The notes below the pieces were generated by a model. The model did no database searches, had not been told where the DNA came from, and was given only the letters and a program-made list of their open reading frames with translations. A stretch of DNA of 31,423 bases, taken from the IMG/VR virus record IMGVR_UViG_3300019458_000019, positions 1 to 31,423 of that record, one strand, 5' to 3'. How positions within the stretch are numbered: the first letter of the stretch is position 1; every line of letters begins with the position of its first letter. This stretch comes from a virus. Below, piece after piece: positions 21,708 to 30,583 of this stretch. Made by a program: the position numbers and the translations under genes.

Positions 21708-23318
21708 ATGGCGAAACAATCTTTTTTGCAGCGGATGATTGGGGGCGCAAAACAAAAAGCGCACCTCAACTTCGGTACTATTTTTGGCGGACTTGTGCCG
21801 CCCGAACAAACAACCCTCGCGCGATTGCAGGCATACGAACACTGGACGTTTTCTTGTGTGACCGCTATCAGCGAGGCGTTCAGCGCAATCAACCTGCGCC
21901 TTTTTCAGATGAAAAATGGCGACATGATGGAACAGCAAGAGCATGAAGTTCTTGATCTGCTTTTCCGCGTCAATCCGTTTCAAAGCAAGGCGGATTTTTT
22001 GCAGTTGTATGCGACCTATATGGAACTTGCGGGCGAGGCGTTCATCTATCTTGAGCGCGGCAAGGAAAATCCGCAGCCGATTGATCCAATCAAAGAGTTG
22101 TGGCTTTTGCGCCCCGACTTGGTTGAGATCGTTCCCGATCCCGTGAACTTCATCAAGGGCTACACGTTCAGGGCATCGGCAAAAATCGTTCCGCTTCAGA
22201 CGCACGAAGTCATCCATGTGAAATATCCGAACCCGATCAATCCCTATCGCGGCTACTCGCCAGTGCAGGCAGCGGGATTGGCGATTGACACGTTCAAGTT
22301 TTCAAGCAGATGGAACAGGGCATTTTTCTTCAACTCGGCAATGGTATCGGCTGTGCTTCAGGCAGATGGCGAACTGAACGATGAACAGTATCGCCGTTTG
22401 AAGTCAGAGTGGAACAGTGAGTATCAGGGCATTGACAATGCGCACCGCACCGCAATCCTTGAACATGGCATTGAGTTCAAGCCGATGCAGATGACCAACC
22501 GCGACATGGAGTTTGCAAAGCAAAAAGAAATGACCCGCGATGAGATTTTGGGTGCGTTCCGCGTTCCGCGTTCAGTCATCGGCATCACTGATGACGTGAA
22601 CCGTGCCAACGCAGAGGCAACGCAGTTGGTGTTCATGCGCGATGTGATCAAACCGAAAATGACGCGCTATGTTGACACGCTCAATGAGTTTCTTGTGCCA
22701 CTGTTCGGCGACGATCTGATTTTGGATTTTGATGACCCGACACCCGACAACCGAGATCAGACCGTCAGTGAGTACGTTCAGGGACACAATCGCTGGCTAT
22801 CCACAAACGAAATCCGCAATCTTGAGGGCTTGCCGCCAGTTCGCGGTGGCGATGCAATCTTTCAGTCAATCGCGCTTTTGCCGCTTGGATCACCAGTACC
22901 TGAACCAACAGATGAGGAAACAGGTGACGAGGAAGTGCAGGCAAGCATGGTTCGCATGGAAGCCCCGCCAGCAGAGGACAGCAAAGGAAAAGCACGCAGC
23001 GAACGCCTCAAGGCGAAACTCATGGCTGGCAACAAACGGCTCAAGATGCGCGAAGCGATCCGCCGCAAGGTTGAGTTGATAGTGGAAAAGAGGCGCGTTG
23101 AAATCACAGAGGAACAAGTGCAGAACGAACAGGTTGTTGGTTTGATCAATGAAAAGGCGCAGTTGGAAACCCGCGTTGAGTTTGCCGAGGCATTGAACCA
23201 GCAAAAAGATCAGGCGATTGCCGAACTGACGAAAGAAAAAGAGGAAGCAGAGCGCATCGCATCCGAAGCCCTCAACCTCAATGACACAGAAAACGGAACA
23301 ACTGAAAAAGACGCTTGA
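21708..23318 (+). CDS. Portal protein (Phage_portal / HK97-type) with a ~130-aa charged coiled-coil C-terminal extension
   Basis: NPYRGYSPVQAA...SRWNRAFFFNSAMVSAVL...LKSEWNSEYQGIDNAHRTAILEHG...RDEILGAFRVPRSVIG. The C-terminus is rich in E, K and Q. Confidence 0.85.
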   Translation: MAKQSFLQRMIGGAKQKAHLNFGTIFGGLVPPEQTTLARLQAYEHWTFSCVTAISEAFSAINLRLFQMKNGDMMEQQEHEVLDLLFRVNPFQSKADFLQLYATYMELAGEAFIYLERGKENPQPIDPIKELWLLRPDLVEIVPDPVNFIKGYTFRASAKIVPLQTHEVIHVKYPNPINPYRGYSPVQAAGLAIDTFKFSSRWNRAFFFNSAMVSAVLQADGELNDEQYRRLKSEWNSEYQGIDNAHRTAILEHGIEFKPMQMTNRDMEFAKQKEMTRDEILGAFRVPRSVIGITDDVNRANAEATQLVFMRDVIKPKMTRYVDTLNEFLVPLFGDDLILDFDDPTPDNRDQTVSEYVQGHNRWLSTNEIRNLEGLPPVRGGDAIFQSIALLPLGSPVPEPTDEETGDEEVQASMVRMEAPPAEDSKGKARSERLKAKLMAGNKRLKMREAIRRKVELIVEKRRVEITEEQVQNEQVVGLINEKAQLETRVEFAEALNQQKDQAIAELTKEKEEAERIASEALNLNDTENGTTEKDA

Positions 23319-24804
23319 GCAGCGGCAGCAAGAAAAAAGGGACAAGGCAGTTGCCGAACTTCAAGCCGCAAAGATAGCCGTGCAGTTGGCAGGGTTCTTT
23401 GATACGCTCGGCAACATCCTGATTGACCTGAAAAGGAAATCGGGCGACTTGGAAGCGGCAATCAAAGCATTGCCGCCCGTTGTATTTCCAAAGACGCAAA
23501 AAGTGAACGGTGAAGTTGAAATCACAAACTTGCCTCATGTGCAGCCCGTGCAGGTGACGAACCCGCCCGATGGCAAAGTTGAAGTAGTCAATCAGATTGA
23601 TCTTGAACCGTTGCGTGACGATCTGAACGAAGTTTTGACCATGCTGGACAACGTGATCACGCAGAACGATGACGTGAACAGCAACAGGTTCTTTGAACTG
23701 CGCGATTTTCTGAAGGGGCTGGCGTTGGTTATTTCAAAGCAGGATCAGAGCATTTTGGAAGCCCTGAAGCCCTTGCAGTTTCTATCGGACAAGCCGACCA
23801 AACCGATTGCAGTCCGCCTTTCAGACGGCGAGAAGTGGATGCGCCAGTTGGTCGCAGTTGTGCGGCAGATGGAACAGCAGGTCGTGACTGCTGGCGGCGC
23901 ACTCGGCGCAACAATCACTGGATCAGGGCTTGCAACAGAAGCAACGCTGGCACAGGTGCGCGATGCAGTGGATGGGCTTGAGGGCTTCACAGACGGCATT
24001 GAAGCATTGCTCGCGGCTATCCGTGACAATGCAGATCAACTTGAGGGTTTCACCGATGGGCTTGAAGGATTGCTGACCACAATCCGTGACAACGCAGATA
24101 CAGTTGAAGCAAAACTGCAATCAATCATTGACAACACTGACGGGCTTGAAGGGTTCACGGATGGGATTGAAGGTTTGCTCACGCAGATCAGGGATTTTGT
24201 TGATACGCTTGAAAACCTTGTTGCACTCATCAGCGCATACGGAACTTTCACAACGAACGCGCTCAACGTGCAAAGCCAAAGCATTGAGGCAAAACTGCAA
24301 ACTATCATCAACAGTTTGAGCCAAGTCAATGAGGACTTGTGGCAAAAAGAAACTTTCAATGGCAAAGGTTTCGCAATCGCCACTGGTATCATGGTGATTG
24401 CTTCTTCTTTGGAAACTGACTTTGTGCTTTTCCGAAACACTACTGGTTCGGGAAAGTTGGTGCGCATCAAAGAGTTCTTATTGACGCTTGCAGAAACGGG
24501 TGGTTCAACTGCCACTGTCAGGTTCTACCGAAACCCGACAATCGTTTCTGTTGGAACGGCATTGACCGTTTCAAAGGTCAGACCGAGCCAAACACAAACA
24601 ACGGCTGTCAATGTCTATACTCTGCCAGTCATAAGCGCAAGAGGTTCTCTGATACAGGAAATACGCTTGAACGGCGGGCAAACTTTCACACGCGACACAA
24701 ACCTTGCCCGATACGTTGAAGATGGAAAAGATTTGCTCATCACTTTTGACAGTAGTGGAAACAACAAGTCCTTCGGGCTTACTGGCGCGTGGCTTGAAGT
24801 ATAA
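23281..24804 (+). CDS. Repeat-containing fibrous protein (coiled-coil N-terminus, 21-aa repeats, beta-rich C-terminal domain); function unknown, atypical position between portal and MuF
   Basis: 507 aa. LEGFTDGIEALLAAIRDNADQ-type repeats occur three times. The C-terminal ~150 aa look beta-rich. It overlaps the portal gene by 38 nt. Confidence 0.7.
   Translation: MTQKTEQLKKTLEQRQQEKRDKAVAELQAAKIAVQLAGFFDTLGNILIDLKRKSGDLEAAIKALPPVVFPKTQKVNGEVEITNLPHVQPVQVTNPPDGKVEVVNQIDLEPLRDDLNEVLTMLDNVITQNDDVNSNRFFELRDFLKGLALVISKQDQSILEALKPLQFLSDKPTKPIAVRLSDGEKWMRQLVAVVRQMEQQVVTAGGALGATITGSGLATEATLAQVRDAVDGLEGFTDGIEALLAAIRDNADQLEGFTDGLEGLLTTIRDNADTVEAKLQSIIDNTDGLEGFTDGIEGLLTQIRDFVDTLENLVALISAYGTFTTNALNVQSQSIEAKLQTIINSLSQVNEDLWQKETFNGKGFAIATGIMVIASSLETDFVLFRNTTGSGKLVRIKEFLLTLAETGGSTATVRFYRNPTIVSVGTALTVSKVRPSQTQTTAVNVYTLPVISARGSLIQEIRLNGGQTFTRDTNLARYVEDGKDLLITFDSSGNNKSFGLTGAWLEV
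23977..24204 (+). repeat. Three imperfect 60-nt in-frame coding repeats (23977-24036, 24040-24099, 24145-24204)
   Basis: cttgagggcttcacagacggcattgaagcattgctc..., cttgagggtttcaccgatgggcttgaaggattgctg..., cttgaagggttcacggatgggattgaaggtttgctc.... Confidence 0.85.
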
Positions 24805-24811
24805 TAAAAAT

Positions 24812-25081
24812 ATGTACCTCTACAAAACAACAATCTTCCGCGATACAACAGACGTGATTGGCATTGACGTTGCGCAAAATGATGCCGACAAAAGCGACTT
24901 TGAAACAAACTACAAAGCAAGCACAGTTCTTGTTGATGAGGTCATCATTGCGGAAACAACTTTTTTGACTGAACTGACATACGCGGCTTTCAAGTCAAAA
25001 GTCGCATTATGGTCAGACGTGAAGCGTATTGAAAATGCGAAAAAATACATTTTGCATATTTTGAGTTCAACATCCCTATGA
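24812..25081 (+). CDS. Hypothetical protein (89 aa), AT-richer segment
   Basis: The ATG at 24812 lies 7 nt after the upstream TAA. ATGA overlap with the next ORF. Confidence 0.5.
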   Translation: MYLYKTTIFRDTTDVIGIDVAQNDADKSDFETNYKASTVLVDEVIIAETTFLTELTYAAFKSKVALWSDVKRIENAKKYILHILSSTSL

Positions 25082-25239
25082 GCAGAGTGATACACAAAGT
25101 CGTTGAAATATCCTTGTTGACGACTGCGGCGCAAATAGAAAATGCGTTGAACAATCAAAGCGCAAGCGGATGGTTTTTGGTCATGGTTTTCAATCTTGGC
25201 ACAAAGACCTTCGTGGTGATGAAAAAGGAAATCCTATGA
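25078..25239 (+). CDS. Hypothetical small protein (53 aa), below the ORF-track cutoff
   Basis: ATGA overlaps at both ends (25078 and 25236). It competes with the alternative MuF start at 25170. Confidence 0.4.
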   Translation: MSRVIHKVVEISLLTTAAQIENALNNQSASGWFLVMVFNLGTKTFVVMKKEIL

Positions 25240-26048
25240 TCCGCATTGTCAAACAAAATCGCATCACTGGCGATCTGCGCACGGCAACATATTTTGAACA
25301 CTGGAAAGCGAACGACAGGATGGCGGCACGCTATCGCCGCACGCTCAATGCAATGTTTGATGAGCAAAAGAAAATCATCATCGGGCGTTTGCCATTGCTC
25401 AAAGGTGTGAAGTTCCTCGCAGTCGGGGATGAGATTTTGGAAAAAACAATCGGTGACGTGTTGCGGAACTTCAAGCCCGAACAGACCCGCGTGTTTGTTG
25501 GAGTTGAGAAACCCTTTTTGCTTCAAACATTGAAGCAGACAGCGCGGCAGATTTTCGCGCTCACGGGTGATGACATTGATGTGTTTGATCTGCAAAAGCG
25601 GCGCATCACCAACTATCTTGAACGACAGAGTTTGACCGCATCAAAGAGCGTGACCGACACAACCGTTGACGATGTGAGGCGACAACTTTCTGAAGGTGTC
25701 AAGAACAACGAAAGCATCCCCGAAATCCAAAACCGTATTGAAAAGTATTTTGATGAAAGCGCGAAGTTCAGGGCTGAAGCCATCGCCCGCACCGAGATTG
25801 GCAACGCGGCAGGTTTTGGTCAGCAAGAGGCGTATATGCAAAGCGAAGTGGTTGAAAAGAAAGAGTGGGTGGCAACGCTTGATGACCGAGTGCGGGACGA
25901 CCATGCCGATGCTGATGGTCAGATAGTGAGCAAGAACCAGCCCTTTGACGTAGGCGGCGATGACATGATGTTCCCGCGGGATGGCTCGCGTGGGGCTTCC
26001 GTGGATCAGATTGTCAACTGCCGTTGCACTACTGTGCCAGTGTTGTGA
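25236..26048 (+). CDS. Head morphogenesis protein, SPP1 gp7 / Mu F family
   Basis: ARTEIGNAAGF...TLDDRVRDDHADADGQIV...FPRDG...NCRCTTVPV. AAGGAA lies 5 nt before the ATG at 25236; the alternative ATG is at 25170. Confidence 0.85.
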   Translation: MIRIVKQNRITGDLRTATYFEHWKANDRMAARYRRTLNAMFDEQKKIIIGRLPLLKGVKFLAVGDEILEKTIGDVLRNFKPEQTRVFVGVEKPFLLQTLKQTARQIFALTGDDIDVFDLQKRRITNYLERQSLTASKSVTDTTVDDVRRQLSEGVKNNESIPEIQNRIEKYFDESAKFRAEAIARTEIGNAAGFGQQEAYMQSEVVEKKEWVATLDDRVRDDHADADGQIVSKNQPFDVGGDDMMFPRDGSRGASVDQIVNCRCTTVPVL

Positions 26049-26124
26049 TATACTGAAGATGTTGACACTATTTTGTGATACAATGAAAACATAAGCCCTC
26101 AACCCTCAATCCCTTTCCCGACCA
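26046..26124 (+). promoter_or_regulatory. Late regulatory cassette upstream of the prohead protease (paralogue of 21643..21701)
   Basis: TGATATACT - GTTGACA - TTGTGATACAAT - ATCCCTTTCCCGACCA, then the ATG at 26135. Confidence 0.5.
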
Positions 26125-26134
26125 ACAAGTTGAA

Positions 26135-27826
26135 ATGAGCAAACAATATCTTCGCGGATTTGTCACAAAAATCAATGATGAGGACTTCACCCTTGAAGTC
26201 GCAATAGCATCTGACGGATCAAAGGATCGTCAAGGTGAAATCATTGACCCGAACGGATGGGGGCTTGAGAACTTCAAGCGAAATCCCGTGCTGCAATGGG
26301 CGCATGACTACCGAACCGTGCCTATTGGAAAAGTTGAGGAAATCAAAGTTGTGGATGGACGGCTTTTGTTCCGCCCTCGTTTTGCTGCGCATATTGATGA
26401 GTTTGCAGCAAAGGTGTGGCAGATGTTCAAAGAGGGCTACCTCAACGCTTTCAGCGTTGGCTTCCAGCCGATTGAAGCAAAGAAGGGCGATACCTACCCG
26501 AAAGTTGAACTGCTTGAGATCAGCGCAGTGCCAGTTCCCGCAAACCCGAACGCGCTTGTGATGGCGCGTGAACTTGGCTTGCTTCCGAAATCGCAACACG
26601 ATGGTGTTTGCGATCCCGAAAGCCCCGACTATGATCCCGACAAGTGCGCAGAAATGCGTGCAGAAAAAGTTGAACCCGAAGTGATTGGTGAGCGCATCCA
26701 TGTGCGCGTTCGCAACCCGAACCTTTTTGTTGATGACAGTTTCCGCACGATTGATATTTCGGCAGAGCAAGGCATCCAAGCAGTCATCGGGAAACTCACA
26801 AGCGATCCTGATGGCTCAACGGTCATCCAAAAGTATCTTTTTGATGTTGAGAAATGGACGGTTGAGGAAGCCGTTGCATGGGTTGAGAAAAATGAACCCG
26901 ACTTTGAGCGCGGCATGAAAACCGTTGTGGACTTTGAGGCGACACCGACCCTTCCCGAAGGGATTGATTGGGATGCAGATGCAGCAGAAACGCGCATCCG
27001 CGCATGGGCTGGCGGCGAGGACATTGATTTTGACAAGTATGCACGCGGCTTCGCATGGTTTGACGGCGAAAATCCCGAACTGCTCGGATCATACAAACTG
27101 CCGCACCACGATGTGCGTGAAGGCGAACTGAAAACGCACTGGCGCGGCGTGACATCTTCAATGGCTGTGTTGCTCGGCTCAAGAGGCGGCGTTGACATCC
27201 CCGATGATGACAAGCGGCGCGTGTATAGCCACTTGGCTCGGCACTATGAGCAATATGATACAGAGCCGCCAGAGTTTGTGCTTCGCTACACAGAAGATGA
27301 ACTGAAAAAGATTGCAAACGGTGAGAAGTTGGAACGCAAAGCAATCCACGGTCACGTCACAGATGTTTTCGCAATGCTGCGGGAACGATTTGATGAAGGC
27401 ATTGCCGTGGTGATCAATCTGCTCACGGATCATCTGCGGGATGATGCGAACGCATGGGCTGACAGTTTCCGAACAGTGATGAGTGAAGCAGAAAGCGCAT
27501 TGCATGAAGCGGCTGATGAGATCAGCGGCGGTGAAACAAGCATGAAGGAAGGGCGCGTGTTGTCGGCACGCACCACAGCGTCAATCCACTCCGCGATTGA
27601 GGGGATGGCGCAAGCCACAGATGCCTTGCAGGACTTGCTGAAAAACGCGAGTGCCAAAAAGGACAATGATGGCTCAAACACTGCGGTGTCGGTTGAGGAT
27701 GCTGCGCAAAGTGCAGAACGTGTTTTGCGCATCGTGCAGCGTTCAACAAAGCAGGCGGTTCAGCAGTTGGAAAAGGCGAACCGTGTCATCAAAATCGCAA
27801 CAAAGAAAGGAGTTGAAACAAAATGA
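26135..27826 (+). CDS. Prohead protease (HK97 / S78 family) fused to a long C-terminal scaffold-like region
   Basis: The N-terminal ~150 aa read DRQGEIIDPNGWGLENFKRNPVLQWAHD...PIGK...LNAFSVGF...LEISAVPVPANPNA. The remainder (~400 aa) includes a YKLPHH segment and a helical C-terminus. Confidence 0.85.
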   Translation: MSKQYLRGFVTKINDEDFTLEVAIASDGSKDRQGEIIDPNGWGLENFKRNPVLQWAHDYRTVPIGKVEEIKVVDGRLLFRPRFAAHIDEFAAKVWQMFKEGYLNAFSVGFQPIEAKKGDTYPKVELLEISAVPVPANPNALVMARELGLLPKSQHDGVCDPESPDYDPDKCAEMRAEKVEPEVIGERIHVRVRNPNLFVDDSFRTIDISAEQGIQAVIGKLTSDPDGSTVIQKYLFDVEKWTVEEAVAWVEKNEPDFERGMKTVVDFEATPTLPEGIDWDADAAETRIRAWAGGEDIDFDKYARGFAWFDGENPELLGSYKLPHHDVREGELKTHWRGVTSSMAVLLGSRGGVDIPDDDKRRVYSHLARHYEQYDTEPPEFVLRYTEDELKKIANGEKLERKAIHGHVTDVFAMLRERFDEGIAVVINLLTDHLRDDANAWADSFRTVMSEAESALHEAADEISGGETSMKEGRVLSARTTASIHSAIEGMAQATDALQDLLKNASAKKDNDGSNTAVSVEDAAQSAERVLRIVQRSTKQAVQQLEKANRVIKIATKKGVETK

Positions 27827-28908
27827 GCAACAAACCTGAAGAAATGACCCTGACACCTGACGATCTTGCTGCTGTAATCAGCAAAGCAGTTGCCGAACAA
27901 CTTGATGCGGCACTTCCGAAGTTTGAGGAAGCATCGCGCAAGGCAATCCATGCAGGCGCGCCCGATGAGGACATCAACGCTTTGCAAGGGGTTGAAAAGG
28001 CAGCCCGCTGGTTGAAAGCACTTGGTCAAGGGGACTTGGTGACAGTCAAAGCACTGTCCGAGGGCGTGGGTGCTGACGGTGGTTTCATCGTGCCAACAGA
28101 GTTTCGTGCAATCGTCACGGAAAAACTCTACAAGCAAGCGGTGATCCGCCCGAACGCGCAGGTGATCCCGATGACGCGCAACAAACTGGAAGTTCCAGTT
28201 GAGGGCGCATCAGTCACTGCAACGTGGACTGCGGAAAACGCAGCGGCAACCGAAAGCAATCCTACGTTCGCGCAGGTCGTTCTTGATACCAACAAACTCA
28301 CTGGCTTGTCCAAAATGAGCCGTGAACTGTTGGCTGACACACCGATTGAACTGGTCAACTATGTCGCTGGTCGCTTCGCTCGCGTTTTCGCGCAAGAGGA
28401 GGACAAGGCGTTCATGGCTGGTTCAGGCACTGGTCAGCCGAAAGGTATCAGAACCTACACGATCACTTCAACGGCACAAGCAGGTGCAAACCTCGCTGCT
28501 GATGATTTGATCAGTTTGTGGTACTCATTGCCGTCACAGTATCGCAGCAATGCGTTCTGGTTGATACACAATGATGTGATCGCAAAGGTTCGCAAACTCA
28601 AGGACAGCGAAGGTCGCTATCTTTGGACTGATGGCTTTGGTGAAGCACCAGCCACAATCCTCGGACGACCTGTTCTTGAGCAGAACGACATCCCCGTGAA
28701 CTTGGGTGTAGGATCAAACGAAAGCGAAATCTTTGTGGGTGATTTGCAATACTACCTTGTCGGCGATAGGCAGACGATGGAAGTTGAGCAATCAACACAA
28801 TCGGGTGACGCTTTTGAGAAGCACCAGTTGTGGGTGAAGGTTATTGAGCGACTTGACGGGCAACTTGCCCTGACAGACGCTTTCCGAAAACTCACTGGCG
28901 TGAAGTGA
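27823..28908 (+). CDS. Major capsid protein, HK97 family
   Basis: GGFIVPTEF..., FMAGSGTGQPKGI, YLWTDG.... 361 aa. AGGAG lies 10 nt upstream, and the ATG overlaps the protease stop (ATGA). Confidence 0.92.
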   Translation: MSNKPEEMTLTPDDLAAVISKAVAEQLDAALPKFEEASRKAIHAGAPDEDINALQGVEKAARWLKALGQGDLVTVKALSEGVGADGGFIVPTEFRAIVTEKLYKQAVIRPNAQVIPMTRNKLEVPVEGASVTATWTAENAAATESNPTFAQVVLDTNKLTGLSKMSRELLADTPIELVNYVAGRFARVFAQEEDKAFMAGSGTGQPKGIRTYTITSTAQAGANLAADDLISLWYSLPSQYRSNAFWLIHNDVIAKVRKLKDSEGRYLWTDGFGEAPATILGRPVLEQNDIPVNLGVGSNESEIFVGDLQYYLVGDRQTMEVEQSTQSGDAFEKHQLWVKVIERLDGQLALTDAFRKLTGVK

Positions 28909-28941
28909 TCCTGACTTGACACGTTGTTGTTGGTCATCTTT

Positions 28942-28990
28942 GCTGCCGATGTTCCAACCATCCGCAGCAAGATATGACCCGCAAGGTCAT
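28942..28990 (+). other. Two tandem hairpins immediately downstream of the capsid gene (attenuator or processing-site candidate)
   Basis: gctgc(c)gatg-ttccaac-catc(c)gcagc at 28942-28968 and atgacc-cgcaa-ggtcat at 28974-28990. No T-tract follows. Confidence 0.4.
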
Positions 28991-29014
28991 CAATCCCTCA
29001 TAAAATCAAACGCT

Positions 29015-29203
29015 ATGATCAAAAAAGTTCAGTTCACAGCGAACCATCCGCCCTATATTGAGGGTGATGTTGCTGGCTTCAATACAGAGGAAGCCGATGC
29101 CCTCATTGCTTCAGGGGTTGCGAAAGCAATCACTGGTGCGGCGAACAAGATGGTTGACGCACCGCCTGCGGCGAAAGCCAAAGGTCGCCCTCGCAAGAAA
29201 TAG
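29015..29203 (+). CDS. Small head-module protein (62 aa) with a C-terminal AT-hook-like KGRPRKK
   Basis: ATG at 29015. The ORF lies between the capsid and connector genes. Confidence 0.5.
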   Translation: MIKKVQFTANHPPYIEGDVAGFNTEEADALIASGVAKAITGAANKMVDAPPAAKAKGRPRKK

Positions 29204-29213
29204 CCAATAGGCA

Positions 29214-29801
29214 ATGCCCTTCAATCCAACAATCCACGCATACGCCCTGACAACGCTTGATGCGGTCAAGGCACTGCTCGGCATCACAGGATCATCAGAT
29301 GATGCGGTTTTGACGCATCTGATCAATGCTGCAACTGATTGGATTGAACGGGTGACAGGGCAAAGGCGGTTCAAGCAGACCACGCACACCAACGAACTGT
29401 TTGATGGCAATGGAAGCCACAATCTTTTCACGCGGAACTATCCGAACGTGAGCATCACTTTGCTTGAAAAGCGCACAAGCCCTTCGGCTTTTGAAACCAT
29501 CGCATCTGCCAAGTATTATGTTGACCCCGTGATTGGACGCATCCTTTTGGATGAAAGAACAGAACGCGGGGCTGCAAACTATCGCATCACCTATATTGCG
29601 GGATATGCCACAATCCCCACAGACCTTGAGCAGTTGTGCATCAAGTTGGTCGTTGATGAGTTCAACAGCCGCAGTGGTGGCGGCGGCATCACGCAAGAAA
29701 GTTTGGGCGAGTATAGCGTGACTTTTGCAGACACGGGCTTGCTGACAGACCCGTTCATCACCAAAACGGTGAACGCCTACAAGCGGCATCCTGTCTATTG
29801 A
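29214..29801 (+). CDS. Head-tail connector protein (gp6-like, Phage_connect_1) with an extra C-terminal half
   Basis: LTTLDAVKALLGITGSSDDAVLTHLINAATDWIERVTGQ is the typical gp6-like N-terminal signature. At 195 aa it is about twice the usual length. Confidence 0.75.
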   Translation: MPFNPTIHAYALTTLDAVKALLGITGSSDDAVLTHLINAATDWIERVTGQRRFKQTTHTNELFDGNGSHNLFTRNYPNVSITLLEKRTSPSAFETIASAKYYVDPVIGRILLDERTERGAANYRITYIAGYATIPTDLEQLCIKLVVDEFNSRSGGGGITQESLGEYSVTFADTGLLTDPFITKTVNAYKRHPVY

Positions 29802-29805
29802 ACCG

Positions 29806-30126
29806 ATGATTGAGGACTACTTTGACAAAACGGCAACGGTCAAGCGGCTCACGGGAAACTTCGGCGGCGATCCCGACAAGTATGACTACCAGACCGTAGC
29901 CACGGTGAGTTGCGCTTTGCAGCAAGTATCAGCCGAGTTTGCAGCATTGGTCGGCGGCGTTTTCGGCAGGACATGGCGTATGTTCTGCGCACGCGGTTCG
30001 GACATCAAACATACTGACCGCGTGACGATTGATGGCATTGACTACACCATCAAAGGCATTGATGACCAAGCAACGGGTGTTTTCACCCCGCACTTGAGCG
30101 TTGTGCTTGTTGAGGACGCATCCTGA
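29806..30126 (+). CDS. Head-tail adaptor / head closure protein
   Basis: 106 aa. Position and pattern (...RVTIDGIDYTIKGIDD...) are typical of head-tail joining proteins. Confidence 0.65.
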   Translation: MIEDYFDKTATVKRLTGNFGGDPDKYDYQTVATVSCALQQVSAEFAALVGGVFGRTWRMFCARGSDIKHTDRVTIDGIDYTIKGIDDQATGVFTPHLSVVLVEDAS

Positions 30127-30127
30127 T

Positions 30128-30583
30128 ATGGCAAACATTGCAGTCAAGATTGAAAATATCGCAGAGTTCCGCAAAGCATTTCAACGTGCGCCCGAAGTCG
30201 TTGGTCGTGAGTTGCACCGCGCTTTTGAGAAATCCACAAGCGCAGTTCAAGCCACGGCAAAACGACTTGTGCCCGTTGATAGCGGAAGATTGCGCGACAG
30301 CATTGAAACTGAAATCCGCCCGCTTGAAGCATCGGTTTTCACAACCTTGAAATATGCACCGTTTGTTGAGTTTGGAACGCGCCCGCACTTTCCGCCGCCT
30401 CAACCTCTTGATGTTTGGGCGCGGCGGCACGGCATCCCTCTTGGCGCAGTTCAAAAAAAGATTGCGCGTGAAGGGACACCCGCTGTTCCGTTTCTTGGTG
30501 CGGCAAAATCAGAACGCGAAAACGAAATCATTGGCAACTTCGCAGATGCCCTCACTGCGGTTGAACGATCACTTGAAATATGA
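30128..30583 (+). CDS. HK97 gp10-family tail-component protein
   Basis: AKRLVPVDSGRLRDSI...LKYAPFVEFGTRPH...PFLGAA. Confidence 0.8.
   Translation: MANIAVKIENIAEFRKAFQRAPEVVGRELHRAFEKSTSAVQATAKRLVPVDSGRLRDSIETEIRPLEASVFTTLKYAPFVEFGTRPHFPPPQPLDVWARRHGIPLGAVQKKIAREGTPAVPFLGAAKSERENEIIGNFADALTAVERSLEI

Noticed and set aside
23977-24204. CRISPR-like or DGR-like repeats
   Set aside because: The three 60-nt repeats are imperfect and in frame, and they encode a 21-aa protein repeat inside a 507-aa ORF. There are no uniform spacers, no cas genes and no reverse transcriptase anywhere in the window. The fibre-gene duplication (5770-6765) is diverged at all base types rather than adenine-specific.
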